From NCBI RefSeq assembly GCF_006345805.1, contig NW_021835982.1:4636-68635 (forward strand): a DNA stretch of 64,000 bases, given 5' to 3'. Numbering within the stretch: the first letter of the stretch is position 1; every line of letters starts with the position of its first letter. Below the pieces are notes generated by a model. The model saw only the letters and a program-made list of their open reading frames with translations. It was not told where the DNA came from and searched no databases. Shown here piece after piece: positions 12,470-26,624 of the stretch. The position numbers and the translations under genes are program-made. The stretch comes from Octopus sinensis. Its lineage: Eukaryota.

Positions 12470-13573
12470 GACCCTATATACGAACATAGTTGTATGTATG
12501 TATGTATGTATGTATGTACGTATATATGTATGTACGTATGTATGCATGTATGTATGCATGTATGTATGTATGTATTAGTGTATTTCTTTTAGTGTCTGTC
12601 CATCTATGGGGTCTATTTAACTATTTAATGCCCGTTCTGTTTGTTATTTTAGTGCGCAGAAGCATCGGTTTTCTCAGGAGGAAGTCATTATATGGTCATT
12701 CCTTATTTTATTTCTTTTGTTTTCTAAAACTCGAAACCCTAACCTGTCTGATAATTTTCGTTGAACAATTATTAAGTCATAATTAATTTATTCCACACCA
12801 ATAGCGCAATAATTATGCTACACTTACGATTGTTTACTATCATTGTTTTTCGAAGACGCAGGTGAGTGTCTTAAAATTAGCGTAATAAACTCCATCGTAT
12901 CTAGCACCACCGTGACACAACGGATGCCGGATAATTGAATTTTGCGTATGGTGATGAAGATCAGTATTATGGTGATGATTACTATGTTGATGATGACTAT
13001 GAGGAAGAGGAGGAGGGGGAGAAGAAATAGGAGAAGAAAGAGGAGAATCTTTCAATTATTGTCACTACCAATTGTCATAGTACCGCTTCACCGGGAGTTT
13101 ACAGGAATTCTAGATGTGTATGTTGCTTTCTACAATAAAAGAGTAATTTACCGTATTTTCTGTTTCGGTCTGTGTGTGTGTGTGTGTGTGTGTTCTCTAG
13201 AATTTATATTTGCAAAATCAAAACCTGTCTTCTAACGTGGCGGGAAAATTCGTCATAAGCATAGGAAATTTCGCCATGAAAGAAGCACACAGGCAGGCTA
13301 CAAACTAGATAAGTCATTTTAAAGAAATTACTTTTCCCTAATTGGGATGTTAGTTTACAATGTTTAAGCAAACAGCTATTTTTATTTTTATTTTCATTTT
13401 TTGGCGACTCCCTTTTCTCTCTTTTGTTTTTTGTGATTCTCTTCTCACCCTTTTTAAAATTTTTTTTGGGTTGCCATTTATATTTTTACGGTGAATTTTC
13501 CTACGGCAAAAATGTTTATGGCTAAATTTCTTAAAACCGTCTTTCAAGAGGTAGTGTCTACTATGCTTCTGGT

Positions 13574-14019
13574 TGGCTTCCAGAGGAGAAGAGTAGAAAT
13601 TACTTCTTTTTCAGCTCTACAACAAAGTCCAGCAAACTGGACTCTCCTACCTTTCACAAGAGATGACACAGGTAGTAGTTTCCCATATATTTGCATTTTG
13701 GTTGGATGGCGCTTCCACGAGAGATTTTGAGCTCTCATAAGGAGGCGAGTGTAGGTTCCATCCAACCACCTCTCAAGCTTCTTTGATAACGTCCAGATTT
13801 CTGAGCCATATAGTAGAATTGGTTCGACTGTGGCTTTGAATATTTCAAGCCATCTACTCGCAATACCAGAGGGCGCACACTCTCCTACCCTGATGTAATC
13901 TCCAGGGATACAGGCATCCAGCAACAGGACCTCCGTAATGCCATGATGGACCGTGAAGTCTGGCGTAGCATGGTAAATTCAATTGTCTCGACCATGGTCG
14001 AACAATGATGATGATGATG
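13574..14019 (+). mobile_element. 5'-truncated RTE-clade LINE with 5' inversion and 11-bp TSD
   Basis: 13574-~13847 encodes EIFKATVEPILLYGSEIWTL..LLLWKP on the minus strand. ~13846-14019 continues KPSTRNTRGR..MMDREVWRSMV..EQ* plus (TGA)n on the plus strand. ATGCTTCTGGT occurs at 13563-13573 and 14020-14030. Confidence 0.9.
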
Positions 14020-14631
14020 ATGCTTCTGGTCAAACATATCATGTAATGTAAGAGGGGTGGACTCTTCGTTAGTCAAACTCCATCATTTTTTTAAATTCTA
14101 ATATTCCCTTTTCAAGAGTGGAGACGATGCCCTTGACACGACACAGTGTTTTCGAAACAGGTGAGATAAAAGGAGGCGGGAAGGTAACGTGAAACCGTAC
14201 AGCAAAGAGGGTCAACAACCACACACATACATATACACACACACACTATACATACACACACACACGCACAAACATATACATATGTGTATATACATATAGA
14301 TACTACATATACACACACACGCACAAACATATACATATGTATATATATACATATACATACTACATACACAAACACGCATCAGAAGTTGAAAATGAACTTA
14401 GAGTCTTTCAGATGGTTTGTTTTTGAAACGGTTTCATAGAATTTTCTGATTTTCAATAGTTAAGTGCGATAAAAATGACGTAGGACTCTGCCGCAACTGT
14501 TTGGGATAAGATAACTTTCACTCTTACACACACACCACACACACACAACATATATATATAATATATATTATATATATATCTTATATATATATAATACATT
14601 GAAAGTTCAATCCTTTATATATATACATATA

Positions 14632-15012
14632 TCTCTCTCTATATAAACGGCAGTTTGTCTGTGTGTGTTTCTGTGTCTCTGTTTGGTTGTACCCTCACCC
14701 TGACCACGGCTTTCAACCGATTCTGATGAAACTTGACACACACATAGCCCAATGTCATAATTCAAAACTAACGCAGCGAAAATTTTGAAAAGTTCCCCCA
14801 GTTCTGAAAAAAATCGATAAATTCGACATGGGGTCGAGAATCAGAAACACAAACCACAGACTGTCTAGGGGACGCAACTCGACCTTTTTAACTCTCAAAA
14901 AAAAATTTACCATTTTTTTTCCATTTTTTCCTATTTTTTGGCTATAACTCTCTAAAAATGCTTTATAGTTATTTCCCTTACAAACCTGAGCAACGCCGGG
15001 CGATACTGCTAG
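14632..15012 (+). mobile_element. Non-autonomous Helitron-like element
   Basis: A|TC start. The 3' end is CC(T)GAGCAACGCCGGG hairpin, 8 nt, then CTAG|T, shared with the elements ending at 25995 and 29578. Confidence 0.8.
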
Positions 15013-16039
15013 TATATATATATATGAGGGCATGTGCGCGCGCGTGTAGGTACGAATGTGTACGTTTGTGTTATAAGTGGAGTTTTTACGTAATAAATAG
15101 AAAATGAAATATAACTCCTTTATTAAAGACTAAATCTACAATTCTAACATTGCTTAACTGCATTTCTTTTGGAAAATATTACACAATGAATATGTAAAGA
15201 TTTGCTAATAAACTTTGTTAATGGTGTGGACAACGCACCAGCGTTCTTGATTCCTTTCCACATTTGAACTTTTCAGTTCGCATTCATTCGGATTTCGCTT
15301 TCTTTTATGCACGCTATTTTTATTTAACTGTGACTAAGTTGCGATTAAGAGGAAAGGGGCGAAACGCGATAGAAAGATAACATTCAGGGAAAGCCTGCTT
15401 CTATTCACCAAAACTAAGTTCTTCAATTGAACCAATATATAACAAAATTAGGTTAATTTCTATTTACGTTTAATTTCGATTGCGAATCTTTGTGCGTGTT
15501 TATGACCGCAATTTGTAAAGGTACAAAATCCTTTCAAATTAAGTATATGGTAACAGTTAGGAACACTAGTTCAATAGAATATCAGAATAATTAAAATATT
15601 CGATAACAATTAATATGATACGTGCGAATGATTTTCAAAAGCCTAAAGAGGGCGAAATATAGGGGAGTTCGAAAAGAAACTCACATATATTTACGACCTT
15701 ACACACGCAAAGAATTATGTATTTACTAATAAATAAAACCAGTGAGGCATGTATATTTATTTGTTTGTTTGTTGTTGCTGTTGTTGCTTGTAAATCTGAC
15801 GAAGGTGGCTTTGAGCCAGAGCCTTTCTTAAACAGCCGGTTAAGTATAACAGTGAGTAATTAGGCTAATGTGCTGCTTATATTATAGAAACTGATAGGCC
15901 AAAATAACTTAGACAATGAGTTCGCGACAGGTTGTAATTCTGGAGTGAAAAGCTTTAGGGAAGTCGCTATTGCAGCAGTTATTGGTGTTGTTGTCTTTGT
16001 TGTTGCTGTAATATCATTGATGTTGTTTTTCCTATTTCA

Positions 16040-16809
16040 TTCTTTTCTACTCGAGACACAAGGCCCTAAATTTCGGGAAATGGGGCCAGTTAATTCGATC
16101 GACCTCAGTACGCAAGTGGTACTTAATTTATCGACCCCGAAAGGATGAAAGACAAAGTCGACCTCGGCGGAATTTGAACTCAGAACGTAGACAGATGAAA
16201 TACCTACTTCTTTACTGCCCACAAGGGGATACATACAGAGGGGACAAACAAAAACAGACAAACGGATTAAGTAGATTATATCGACCCCAGTGCGTAACTG
16301 GTACTTATTTAATCGACCCCAAAAGGATGAAAGACAACGTTCACCTCGGCGGAATTTGAACTCAGAACGTAGACAGGCGAAATACCGGTTTCTATATTAC
16401 CCACAAAGGGCTAAACATAGATGGGACAAACAAGGACAGACAAGCGGATTAAGTCGATTACATCGACCCCAGTGTGTAACTGGTACTTAATTTATCGACC
16501 CCGAAAGGATGAAAGGCAAAGTCGACCTCGGCGGCATTTGAGCTCAGAACGTAACGGTAGACGAAATACCTATTTCTATTTCTTTACTACCCACAAGGGG
16601 CTAAACACAGAGGGGACTAACAAGGACAGACAAACGGATTAAGTCGATTATATCGATCCCAGTGCGTAACTGGTACTTAATTTATCGACCCCGAAAGGAT
16701 GAAAGGCAAAGTCGACCTCGGCGGAATTTGAACTCAGAACGTAATGGCAGACAAAATACCGCTAAGCATTTTCCTCTAGCGTGCTAATTTTCTGCCAACT
16801 CGACGCCTT
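16040..16809 (-). mobile_element. tRNA-derived SINE family C, one head plus four tandem bodies
   Basis: Head at 16761-16809. Units of ~182-190 bp join at 16204/5, 16386/7 and 16570/1, each with B-box GTTCTGAGTTCAAATTCC on the minus strand. Confidence 0.85.
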
Positions 16810-17104
16810 TTTTTTTGCTCTTCAATTCTAAATCAACACTGAACGAGCAGCAGACTTGTACTGAAAGGTATTCCAGCCGTGAACTTCCATCTCATTAAAT
16901 GTAATCAAGCCCCAATGAAAGTGTTTGCTGCATTTTGCTTTCGTATCCTTTTTAAAGAGGTTGGCACTTGATTTGAGGGAAGGAGGTATTCGGTTGCTGG
17001 TGTTAGCAGGTCGATCAAGCACAAAGGGATCTCTTTTTTACATTTATAGAGAAGTTTAGGAGGATGAGCTGTTCTAGTTGTTGCTGTTCTTGTTCTTCTT
17101 CTTC

Positions 17105-17111
17105 TTCACTA

Positions 17112-17200
<89 letters not shown>

Positions 17201-17340
17201 GTATTACTGCTACCTCTTCGTCTTCTACAACAACTACTTCATCATCAATTACTACTACTACTATTACTGCTATTGCTACTGCAACTCCTACTACTTCCTT
17301 TTCTTCCTTTTCTTCTTCTTCTTCTACTACTACTGCTTTT
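17105..17340. repeat. (TAC)n/(TAA)n/(CTT)n trinucleotide microsatellite
   Basis: Direct reading of the sequence. Confidence 0.9.
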
Positions 17341-18344
17341 TATTCAACATCACTCCCTGGTCAGCCATTGTCTTTATATGCGTTATCCATTCTTCAATCA
17401 CAAACAGGACTACCAAATTAATCCGTTTAGCATCCTCAACTGTAACAGTTAGTATAAATCAACCGGGGAAACAAACGCCTTCTACATCAATCAAATAATT
17501 TGAAACTAGTTCATAGCTGGTTCTTCATTAAATGGTCCCCGACAAAAATTTGAAAAGTAAAGCTGACGGCGGCGGAGTTTGAACTCAGTATCTGAAGGTC
17601 CAGGCAGAACCAAAAACTCCAGAAACCGAAACTATCAATTTGCCTGCATGTAGGACTAGTATACGAATATCAGACCGAGAAGAAAAAAAAAGAGGCGTAG
17701 TGAGAGATGCTTGTGTTGAGTGAGAGCGATTTAGGCGCAGATGGTATATAGTTAGCGCCTTCCAATGCCATTAAAATAACAATATAGTCAAGCTTGAAGA
17801 GATATAATTACTATATAGTATATTAATTAATATATTTATTAGTTATGTATACAATGATGTTTATTTTATGTGATATCACTGATAAGGTTCAATGTAAACC
17901 TTATTATTTCAAAACATGGTTGCCTGAGATGCTGCGACAATTATAAATGGTTTTACAATTGATAACTTTTTTTAGTACCAAGGAAAGAAAAAAACCATCT
18001 CATACATCCGCATACACATATATGCATGCACGCACACACATCTTCGCCTTCTACTGATACAAACGCACGTACATATTCACACACACACACACACGCATAA
18101 AAAGTACAAGCGTGTGTGTGAGCATGTGCCTTTTTATCTTTCATTTGTATCAGTCATTAGACTGCTGCCATGTTGGGGCACCGCCTTGAATTTTTACTCG
18201 GATGAATTGGCCCCCATTACGTTTTTTTAAGTTGCTACTTATTCTAGCGCACTGTTTTGGCGATCCGGTATATTACGGGACCATAAACACATGAACCCCG
18301 GTTGTCAACTGGTGATGGAAGATAAGCACTGACACAAAGACACA

Positions 18345-18392
<48 letters not shown>

Positions 18393-18805
18393 TATATATA
18401 TATATATATATAATAAGAGTAGATCGTATACGAGTGGGTATATATTTGTAAAAGGAAGTTTGAAAACGCCACTATATTAGATAAATTTTAATTTTCTTAT
18501 GAATTTTACATGTTTCGGTTCTTGAAAAAACGAACCTTCTCAAAAATATTATAAAAAGTGTAATGGAAAAGTTCATAATCGTTTCTTACTGGTCTCAATA
18601 GAATCCATATATATATATAAGAACAAAACACGGATCAAAAATTTCACAACAGTTATATCGGTAGTATGTTATTGGTGCATTCTTAGATTACATCATGACA
18701 ATGGTAAAAAAAACAACATAAATTGATAAACATTAAATAAACAGGTTAGGTAGAAAAATAAGATGAGCAGTCCACTAACTGCCATCGTGAAACAAGTAAC
18801 TCACC

Positions 18806-18883
<78 letters not shown>

Positions 18884-19059
18884 ATATATATATATTATAT
18901 ATATTATATATATATATAATATATATATATATAAATATATGTTTATACATATATATTAAATGGAATAGAGAAATACACTTGATAAACTAACAATTTTTTC
19001 TTTATGTTATATTATATTATATTATATATAAGTATACTATATTTTTATAGTATTTTATA

Positions 19060-19672
19060 TTGTGTTATAATACCCACTGCTGCCCACTGTGGTCTCCCCA
19101 TACAAGACAAAACATCTCCAGAATTGAGTCACCCCAGAGGGCACTCACTAAACGAATTGAAGAAATGGCTGCCCTCGTTTATTGGGAACACCTTAAAGCC
19201 TTGAAACTTTACTCTCTCCAGTGTCGCCGTGAGCGGTACATCATTTGTACGATGTGGAGAATATACCGCCAACTTTCCCCAAACGACCTGAACATTAGCT
19301 TCAAGGTTCATCCAAGACTGGGACCACGGGCCATAAGTCCCCTGCCCAATTCAAGATCACAGCATACATGTACACTGCAACATAATTTCTTCTCCTCAAC
19401 AGGCCCTGCCCTATTTAACATTGTCCCGAAAGAGATCGAAGAGGAAAAGGATCCCATCAACTTTAAACGGAGTCTGGATAGATCCCTTCAAAGAATACCA
19501 CATAAGCCACCCATAATTGGATACAACTCACCCAACAAGAACTCACTACTTGAATGGACCATAAACAAAACTTGACTTAAACAGGATTCGAATAATCCTA
19601 TCAGGTGGTGCTATTAAGTTAGACATGGCCTGGACCAATCTTTGGTCGAAACATATCTAAGTTTATCTAAGT
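19060..19672 (+). mobile_element. 5'-truncated CR1/L2-group LINE 3' end, related to the element at 1-1860
   Basis: ORF 19060..19575 reads CCPLWSPHTRQNISRIESPQR..LYSLQCRRERYII..NSLLEW. The 3' UTR is GGTGGTGCTATTAAGTTAGACATGGCC..GAAAC with a (TATCTAAGT) tail. Confidence 0.9.
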
Positions 19673-22074
19673 AATGTAAATGAATTGTTAGTTTGTCAAT
19701 TGTATTTCTCTAGTTCATATGATATAACGTAATGTGTAATTCTCTTTAAATTGGGGTGTTATTTAAATGAGAAGTGTCTACGTATTCTAACGGCTTGAGG
19801 GAACCATCATTAGGATAAATGCCATACACTGAGACGAGATGCCACCAATTTATGGAGTTATAAATACTACCGAATTTCATTGAGAACACTGAATTGAGAA
19901 AGAGAACTTCTTGGTGATTTCATGAAAGATACAACCATACCATTTTATCTCGTGATAAAATTTGCTTTTGAATTTCCGGAACATTTACTATTCATTCAGT
20001 AAAAAAAATAAGAGTAAAATTGATTAGCAAATTATTTAATTTAACGAAAGGGAACTCGAATGAATTTTCCTAACTGATATCCTGACGCACATAAATCTTT
20101 TAAGTTCTGTTTATTGCAGGGAGCGACTTTTTTTTTCAATATTCAGTGTTCTTCTTTGACCTCTTGTGACAATTCTTCTAGAATTGCAGGTGATTAGAAC
20201 AATGAGTATAGTAATAGCACTTCTCTGCGAAAGGAAAGTAGTAAATAACAAAATGGGCATCTTTCAATTTTAAAGTAGTTCTGAAAGAAGTTCCTTGAAA
20301 ATCTTAATCTTTATTTACCGGAAACAATTCTCACGGTCGAAGGAAGGCTTTTAAACATGAAATAATTTAATCTTGATTGATCGGAATCTTATTCCTGTAT
20401 ATTAAATGAGGCATAATGATGTAATAATGTGTAATAGATGAAAAGAAAGTACTACGGTAATGAATAAGAATACTAATTTCCTTAATTTTTATTATGGTAA
20501 TATCCTGAAATACGAGGTCTTTAAATGATAGAAGCAGCCCTTGAATACTTTCCTTCCAATTCTACATAGAATCTAGGACGAATTAAATTAATATTCAACA
20601 ACTATTATATATGAATTCACCAAAGGCAGGATATCCATTAGTTCTTAAGGCACCACTTGAAGTCTTAATTGAAAAGTAAAAGTTTGTTAATTAGCATTTG
20701 AAATCTTTGATCAAATCAACTTATTGAATGTCTCCAGTCTGGAAGCGAAATTCACTGGATATATTTATTAAGTTACCGCTGAAAATAACAAAGTTTCATG
20801 TCTACGTTCCTTATACGCCATAATGAATTTGTTTGTGTCCATATCTGTTTAGAATCATTTGTGTTCTGTCATTCAGATATGTTAAACCCCTTGCCCAGGG
20901 AACCATCATCGAAACGGCCATAAGAAAAGCATCATCTTTCTTATTTCATTTGCCGAGTCTGAAGGAAGAGGCGCATCTCGAGAATGTTTGGCCACCCCAT
21001 CGAAATAGGTGCGTTTGATGCCGTTAATGTCCTATTTAAACAGTAGCAGGTAATTTCTAGCCAGAAAGACACAACTGGGAGAAAAGAAAGGGGAAATTAT
21101 ATACCGTTGATGGGAGCCTAAAGAGAAGGGCTAATTATTGGGATGTGGTCCTAGCTATGACAAGGACGTGCATTGAGAGAAAAAAAGGTCGTCAGTGATA
21201 GTGAAGCCCAACATTTGAAGCGACTATGAAAGTACCAACAATCTGGATCTCATCTCCAGAGGGGCTGTGGTGATGCAGTAGTGATTTCCTGATATGATTT
21301 ATTCAAATCATTGTAAAAAAAATTTAGAAACTAAACAACTAATTAATTTAACATTCACCTCAACGATTTCTAACGCTGTCAAAGACTTAAATCATTGTAA
21401 AGACAAAGTATAAGCAACTGAATCTCCATTTATTGCATTTACAGTGTACACTTGCTCAGTGAATCTCTGGAAAGGTACAGTAGACACAAGCTAGACAATA
21501 TTCCAAGGTACATAATTAGATTACACTGAAGGCATTTAACCCAGTGCTATGCAGGCTCCCCAACGATTTCTCTCACTTTATTACCTTTAACAGCTCACCT
21601 TTTAAAATAATATGAAATCAATTTTCATCATTAGACGACATACAGCTAAAAATGGTGATCAATATTTTATAGACTGCTAAGGCGGCGACCTGGCAAAGTC
21701 GTTAACACGCCGGACAAAATGCTTAGGACATTTCATCCGTCATATTGAATATTCCTTCTTTCCCATACCGCTTGAAATAGTGTCCAGCTATTATTATTAT
21801 TATTATTATTAAGATGACGAGTAGCTTTCTGGGATTTTGGGGGGCTTTTGGGTTTTTTTACGTCAATTGTTGATTTCTGTGAAGTGTCATGTTGTTTCCC
21901 ATAGACATAAAAACCCCGGCATTCCGTTCATTCTGATGAAAACTTCATTTTTGCAATAAACGAAGAATCTTCAATATGGCCGCTAGACCTACTTGAAATA
22001 ACAACAAAGTCGCTCTCAAGACATTCTAAGATCTTTTTTGTTTTAAATAAACCTATCATCTATTACATCTAGAA

Positions 22075-22290
22075 TGCGGCGGCGAGGTAGCAGACTCGTT
22101 AGCACACCGGCCAAAAAACTTAGCAACATTTCGTTCTTCTTTACGCTCTGACTTCAAATTCTGTCGAGGTTGACTTTGCCTTTCATCCTTTCGAGGTCGA
22201 TAAAATAAGTGTCACTAGAGCACTTGGATTGATGTTAACGACTTACTCTAGCTATGAAATTGCTGGCATTGTACCAAAATTTGGATTTAG
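22075..22290 (+). mobile_element. SINE family C, degenerate copy
   Basis: GGCGGCGAG..CTCTGACTTCAAATTC..TTTGCCTTTCATCCTTTCGAGGTCGATAAA. Confidence 0.7.
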
Positions 22291-23073
22291 TATTTTATAT
22301 GACTTATGAATTTTTGAAGAGAATGATGAGTTCGGATATTTTTTCAAAGTCTTGACTTTGCCAAATTTAAATCTATATTAAGTTGACTTAATGACTTTCA
22401 GTTGTCATCAATGTCACTGATTAACTCCATTCTTGCGGATTTCTGAAACAGTGTCAAACTTTAATTAACCGAAATTTTGTATTAGGCGTCGTATTTCCAC
22501 AACGTCCTATGACATCAAGCTGTTATTGAATGCTGGGATTGGGTGAACCCATATATTCGTATATTGAAGACGTGTGACAGGAAATTTCGCAACGGTAGTC
22601 TGTTTCTTTCGACTATGTGCCGAGACATAAACGGAAGAAAACTTACGAAAACAGCTCAAGCAGGAAGTCTGGGTAAGTTCAGAAGGAATAATCCAGTGGA
22701 AAAGGAACTGAATAAAGAAAAACAATATGTGTGTGTGTGTGTGTGAGAGAGAGAGTTTGTATGTGGTGAAATATAAATAGATATATATAGATATTTGTAC
22801 GTGTATGTGTATGTGTGTATATGTATACATATGTATTTAAATTTGCGTATCCATGTGTGTGCGCGCGCGAGCGTGTGTATGTAAGAGTGAGCGAAGTGAA
22901 AGTTACATATAATGAAAAAAAATGTCTAACTAAATATCAGAGAACACTTACAATGTATAATTCTATAATATCGTATAAACAGGAAATATACACACAACGC
23001 TATCTGAACAGGATAGTGGGTTGTTTTGGCATATATATGTATATATATATGTATATATATATATTATATATAT

Positions 23074-23106
<33 letters not shown>

Positions 23107-23323
23107 CTACAATATATACATAGATATATATATATACATATATATACATATAATAACATATATATTTCATAAACACACACACAAATGTATACATATGTAC
23201 ACACATATGTTTATCATTTACTTACTTACACATTTATATCTCTCTGTAATGTAGGTGTTAATATGCATACACGCACGAGCATATCACACATATACAACTT
23301 ATATATATATATGTGTGTGTGTG

Positions 23324-23359
<36 letters not shown>

Positions 23360-23560
23360 TATAAATATGTGTAATCGTATATGTATATTCTACCAATAAT
23401 ATATATGTGTGTGTGTGTGTGTGTGTATTAATATATATATATATAATATATATATATATATATAATATTTATAAATATGTATAATCGTATATGTATATTC
23501 TATCAATATATATATATGTGTGTGTGGTGTGTGTGTGTGTGTCTCTCTCTCTTGTATATA

Positions 23561-23594
<34 letters not shown>

Positions 23595-23659
23595 CTGTGT
23601 GTGTGTTTATCTATCTATCTATCTATCTATATGTCTATCTATCTATATATATGTATATA

Positions 23660-23691
<32 letters not shown>

Positions 23692-23755
23692 ATATATATA
23701 TATATAATATACATATTATATATATATATACATATATATACATATATATATAATA

Positions 23756-23835
<80 letters not shown>

Positions 23836-24321
23836 GATATAAAGAATATATATATAACGCGCACTCACACACACACATATATATATATAGACAGGGGTAT
23901 TTTGAGAGATATCAAACAATATATTTCAATAAGTATCCCGGAATATTCCTCACAAAATTAAGACACATAGCCTAGAGTTGTCTGTGCTTAACTTAAGATC
24001 TATGCGTCATCTGTTCGCATCTGCAACTGGCTGGTGCATTGTGTCATGTTCACCCAATTCACTCATTTTAAATTGAGCAGCTGTAAGGTCTAGGTCTCGA
24101 TGCTCCCACGTTCTTGGTGCCGTCTTGCAACATCAATTGTGTCAAACGTTTCGGAGTGTTCACCCGTTATCATGATGTCGAGAGTCTTAACGAAAAGACA
24201 AGAATGAGCTCTCCTTCAAATCTCTCCGTTTTGCCTCAGTATCAGAAAAATGACAGCTGCTTTTCTTTGATTGTAATACATCATAATGAATTCTAATTAA
24301 ATCCTTGCACGCTGTATTTAA

Positions 24322-25995
24322 TCTCTTATTATAAAAGGCAGATTTTATCTGCCTCCCTTTGTAGCTTATAGAAATCTACAATATAGGATTTCTTCAATTA
24401 CAATTTACCTAGCATTTTTAAGAGTAGAATGCATCGGGTCGTGCCAGGTCCAGTTTTTAAAATTTAAACTCCAATTAAGCAAAATTTACAGAAAACTCAC
24501 ATTCTGGTGTGTATGTCAAATGCTTTTCTTAATTTGGTTTACACCACACGCACACGCACACACACAGTGTGCAACGAATAAAATGAAAGTAAATAGCGAC
24601 AGAGTGATCTGAGGAAGACTAAACTGAAAGTATTTAAACCACTACTCAAAAAATAAAAAAACACACCAAACAGAAACAAATAAATACATAACGATTTACT
24701 CCTCACACAATTTCTTCAATTAGAGTTTACCTAAGATTTTTCAAAGTACTCCATTCGGTCATGCCATAATATATTTCTTTCAATTTCACCCCCCAATTAA
24801 GACAAAATTCGAGAAAACTTAATATTTAACATTTCACTCCGAAAGCTTGATGTACATGTGTGCGTGCGTGAGTGTGTGTGTGTGTGTGGTGTGTGTGTGT
24901 GTGTGTGTGTGTGTTTGATGGGTTGTGCGACACAGAAAGTGGTGGTGTGTAAGTGAAGTGCTTTTGTTAGTGTGTGTAAAGAGACAGAGAGTGAAAGACA
25001 GAAATAACTGAACTTTTTTTATTCACTTTTTGTAGTAGTGACTGAGAGAGAAAAGAGAGAGAGAGGTTATGTATGTATATATGTATGTATGGCTTCAGTG
25101 ACACACACACACAAAAACCATACCTACGTACACCTAAAGCACGCAACACACACACACACAAGCGGAGCGCGAACTTCAAAATTTTGGTAGTATTAATTTG
25201 CGAGCCTACTTCTAAGCGCGCATAATTGAAGTTTTCACTATGATATCATCACGTGCGAAAAAATTCGAAGGGTTTTGAACAATTGAGATACAGATGTCAC
25301 GCCTGTATTGAAACCATTGCTAAGCTGCCGTAATGCTTAATTAAGACTTTGTTTAAATTGAAAGGGGCAAATATGTGACGAGGTTGAAAAAAAATACCCC
25401 AGAAAAAAAATGTACTGCTGGTATTTATATAATTCACTACTATTTTGCTACAATGTCATGAAAAGAAAAAATTTAGGTATGTAAATCGAATTCGCCACCC
25501 CCTTTTCCCCGTTCGCGTTTGTGTAAAAAAAATTATTTAAGTTTTTAAAATTATTTATTTGTTCAAAAAATATTAATATTAATTAATTTCAAGAATTATT
25601 TAATTTTATTCTGTAAATAGTAATTAATTCATTTATCTGTAAATCCGCGAGGTTGTTACTCAGGCACCTAGAATGCTAACCGTCAACTAACACTATCTCC
25701 TCCGAGACCCTGCGGCGCAAGTTGACCAAATTGAGAGTATGGTAGAAGAAGGGTTGCTCTTCCTTCCGTAGAACATAAAATTCAATCGGACCATGTTAAC
25801 ACAAAAAACACAAATTATTTACATCAAAAAGATGCTTTTTTCTATGAAAATCCCTATTTTTTACGATTTTTTCACTGCTGTGTCGCCACTTTTCGTGTCT
25901 TTCGACCAGAAAAATGTTCACAAAATTTTTACTTTTCAAAATTACAATTCCAGCGGGTCGAAACAAACCCGAGCAACGCCGGGCGATACTGCTAG
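24322..25995 (+). mobile_element. Non-autonomous Helitron-like element (~1.7 kb) with internal sub-repeats and microsatellites
   Basis: Start A|TCTCTTATTATAAAAGGCAG resembles the start at 14632. End is CCCGAGCAACGCCGGGCGATACTGCTAG|T. An internal diverged duplication is seen at ~24385 and ~24710. Confidence 0.7.
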
Positions 25996-26042
25996 TGTAA
26001 TATATTAACTAAATTATATTTACATTTTATATTTATATTTAC

Positions 26043-26276
26043 AAAGGCGGCGAACTGGCAGAAACGTTAGCACGCCGGACGAAATGCTTAGCGGTATTTC
26101 GTCTGCCATTATGTTCTGAGTTCAAATTCCGCCGAGGTCGACTTTGCCTTTCATCCTTTCGGGGTCGATAAATCAAGTACCAGTTACGCACTGGGGTCGA
26201 TGTAATCGACTTAATACCTTTGTCTGTCCTTGTCTGTCCCCTCTATGAAAGCCCCTTGTGGGTAATAAAGAAATAT
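26043..26276 (+). mobile_element. SINE family C, full monomer
   Basis: AAGGCGGCGAACTGGCAG..GTTCTGAGTTCAAATTCC..CCCCTTGTGGGTAATAAAGAAATA. Confidence 0.88.
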
Positions 26277-26624
26277 ATATATTTACATTTTTGAGTCTTT
26301 GCGTGTGTATACGTGTGTGTGTGTGTGTTTGTGTGTGTGAATAGGTGGGAGTACATAACCGAATATAATTTGTTTTAAAGACTTTTAAGACAATTTGTTT
26401 AAAAACTTCAAACTACAGTCGTTTTCTTTTTAACGGTCATTTAGCTTGTAATGATATTGTTCAAGATGTCAACTACTCAGAAACTGTAGCATCCGTTGAA
26501 TTTTTCCGTAGAAGGGAATTTGTATGAATATTTTTGCATTTATCAGTGTTTTTAACGATTGGTTTACGATTTTTTACGATTGGTTGTTCTACCTAATATG
26601 TTCAGGGTAATTATTGTTAATGAC

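Noticed and set aside
18503-18549. Hammerhead-like GGTTC/GAACC-GAAACATGT-A on the minus strand
   Set aside because: The core is reduced to TTGAGA (deletion plus substitution). Probably a decayed copy, so not called as a ribozyme.
18750-18805. GATG-GCAGT/ACTGC-CATC hairpin followed by GAAACAAGTA
   Set aside because: No CUGANGA core upstream.
19620-19662. GACCAA/TTGGTC-GAAAC in the LINE 3' UTR as a hammerhead
   Set aside because: It lacks CUGANGA and is better explained as the LINE 3' recognition stem-loop.
22485-22680. Possible host exon ending at GG|GTAAGT
   Set aside because: Stops occur in all three frames from the nearest acceptor and no protein motif is recognisable. It cannot be supported without transcript data.
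24141-24179. GGGTG/CACTC-GAAACGTT hammerhead-like half motif on the minus strand
   Set aside because: The core reads CATGATAA and no helix I pairing was found.
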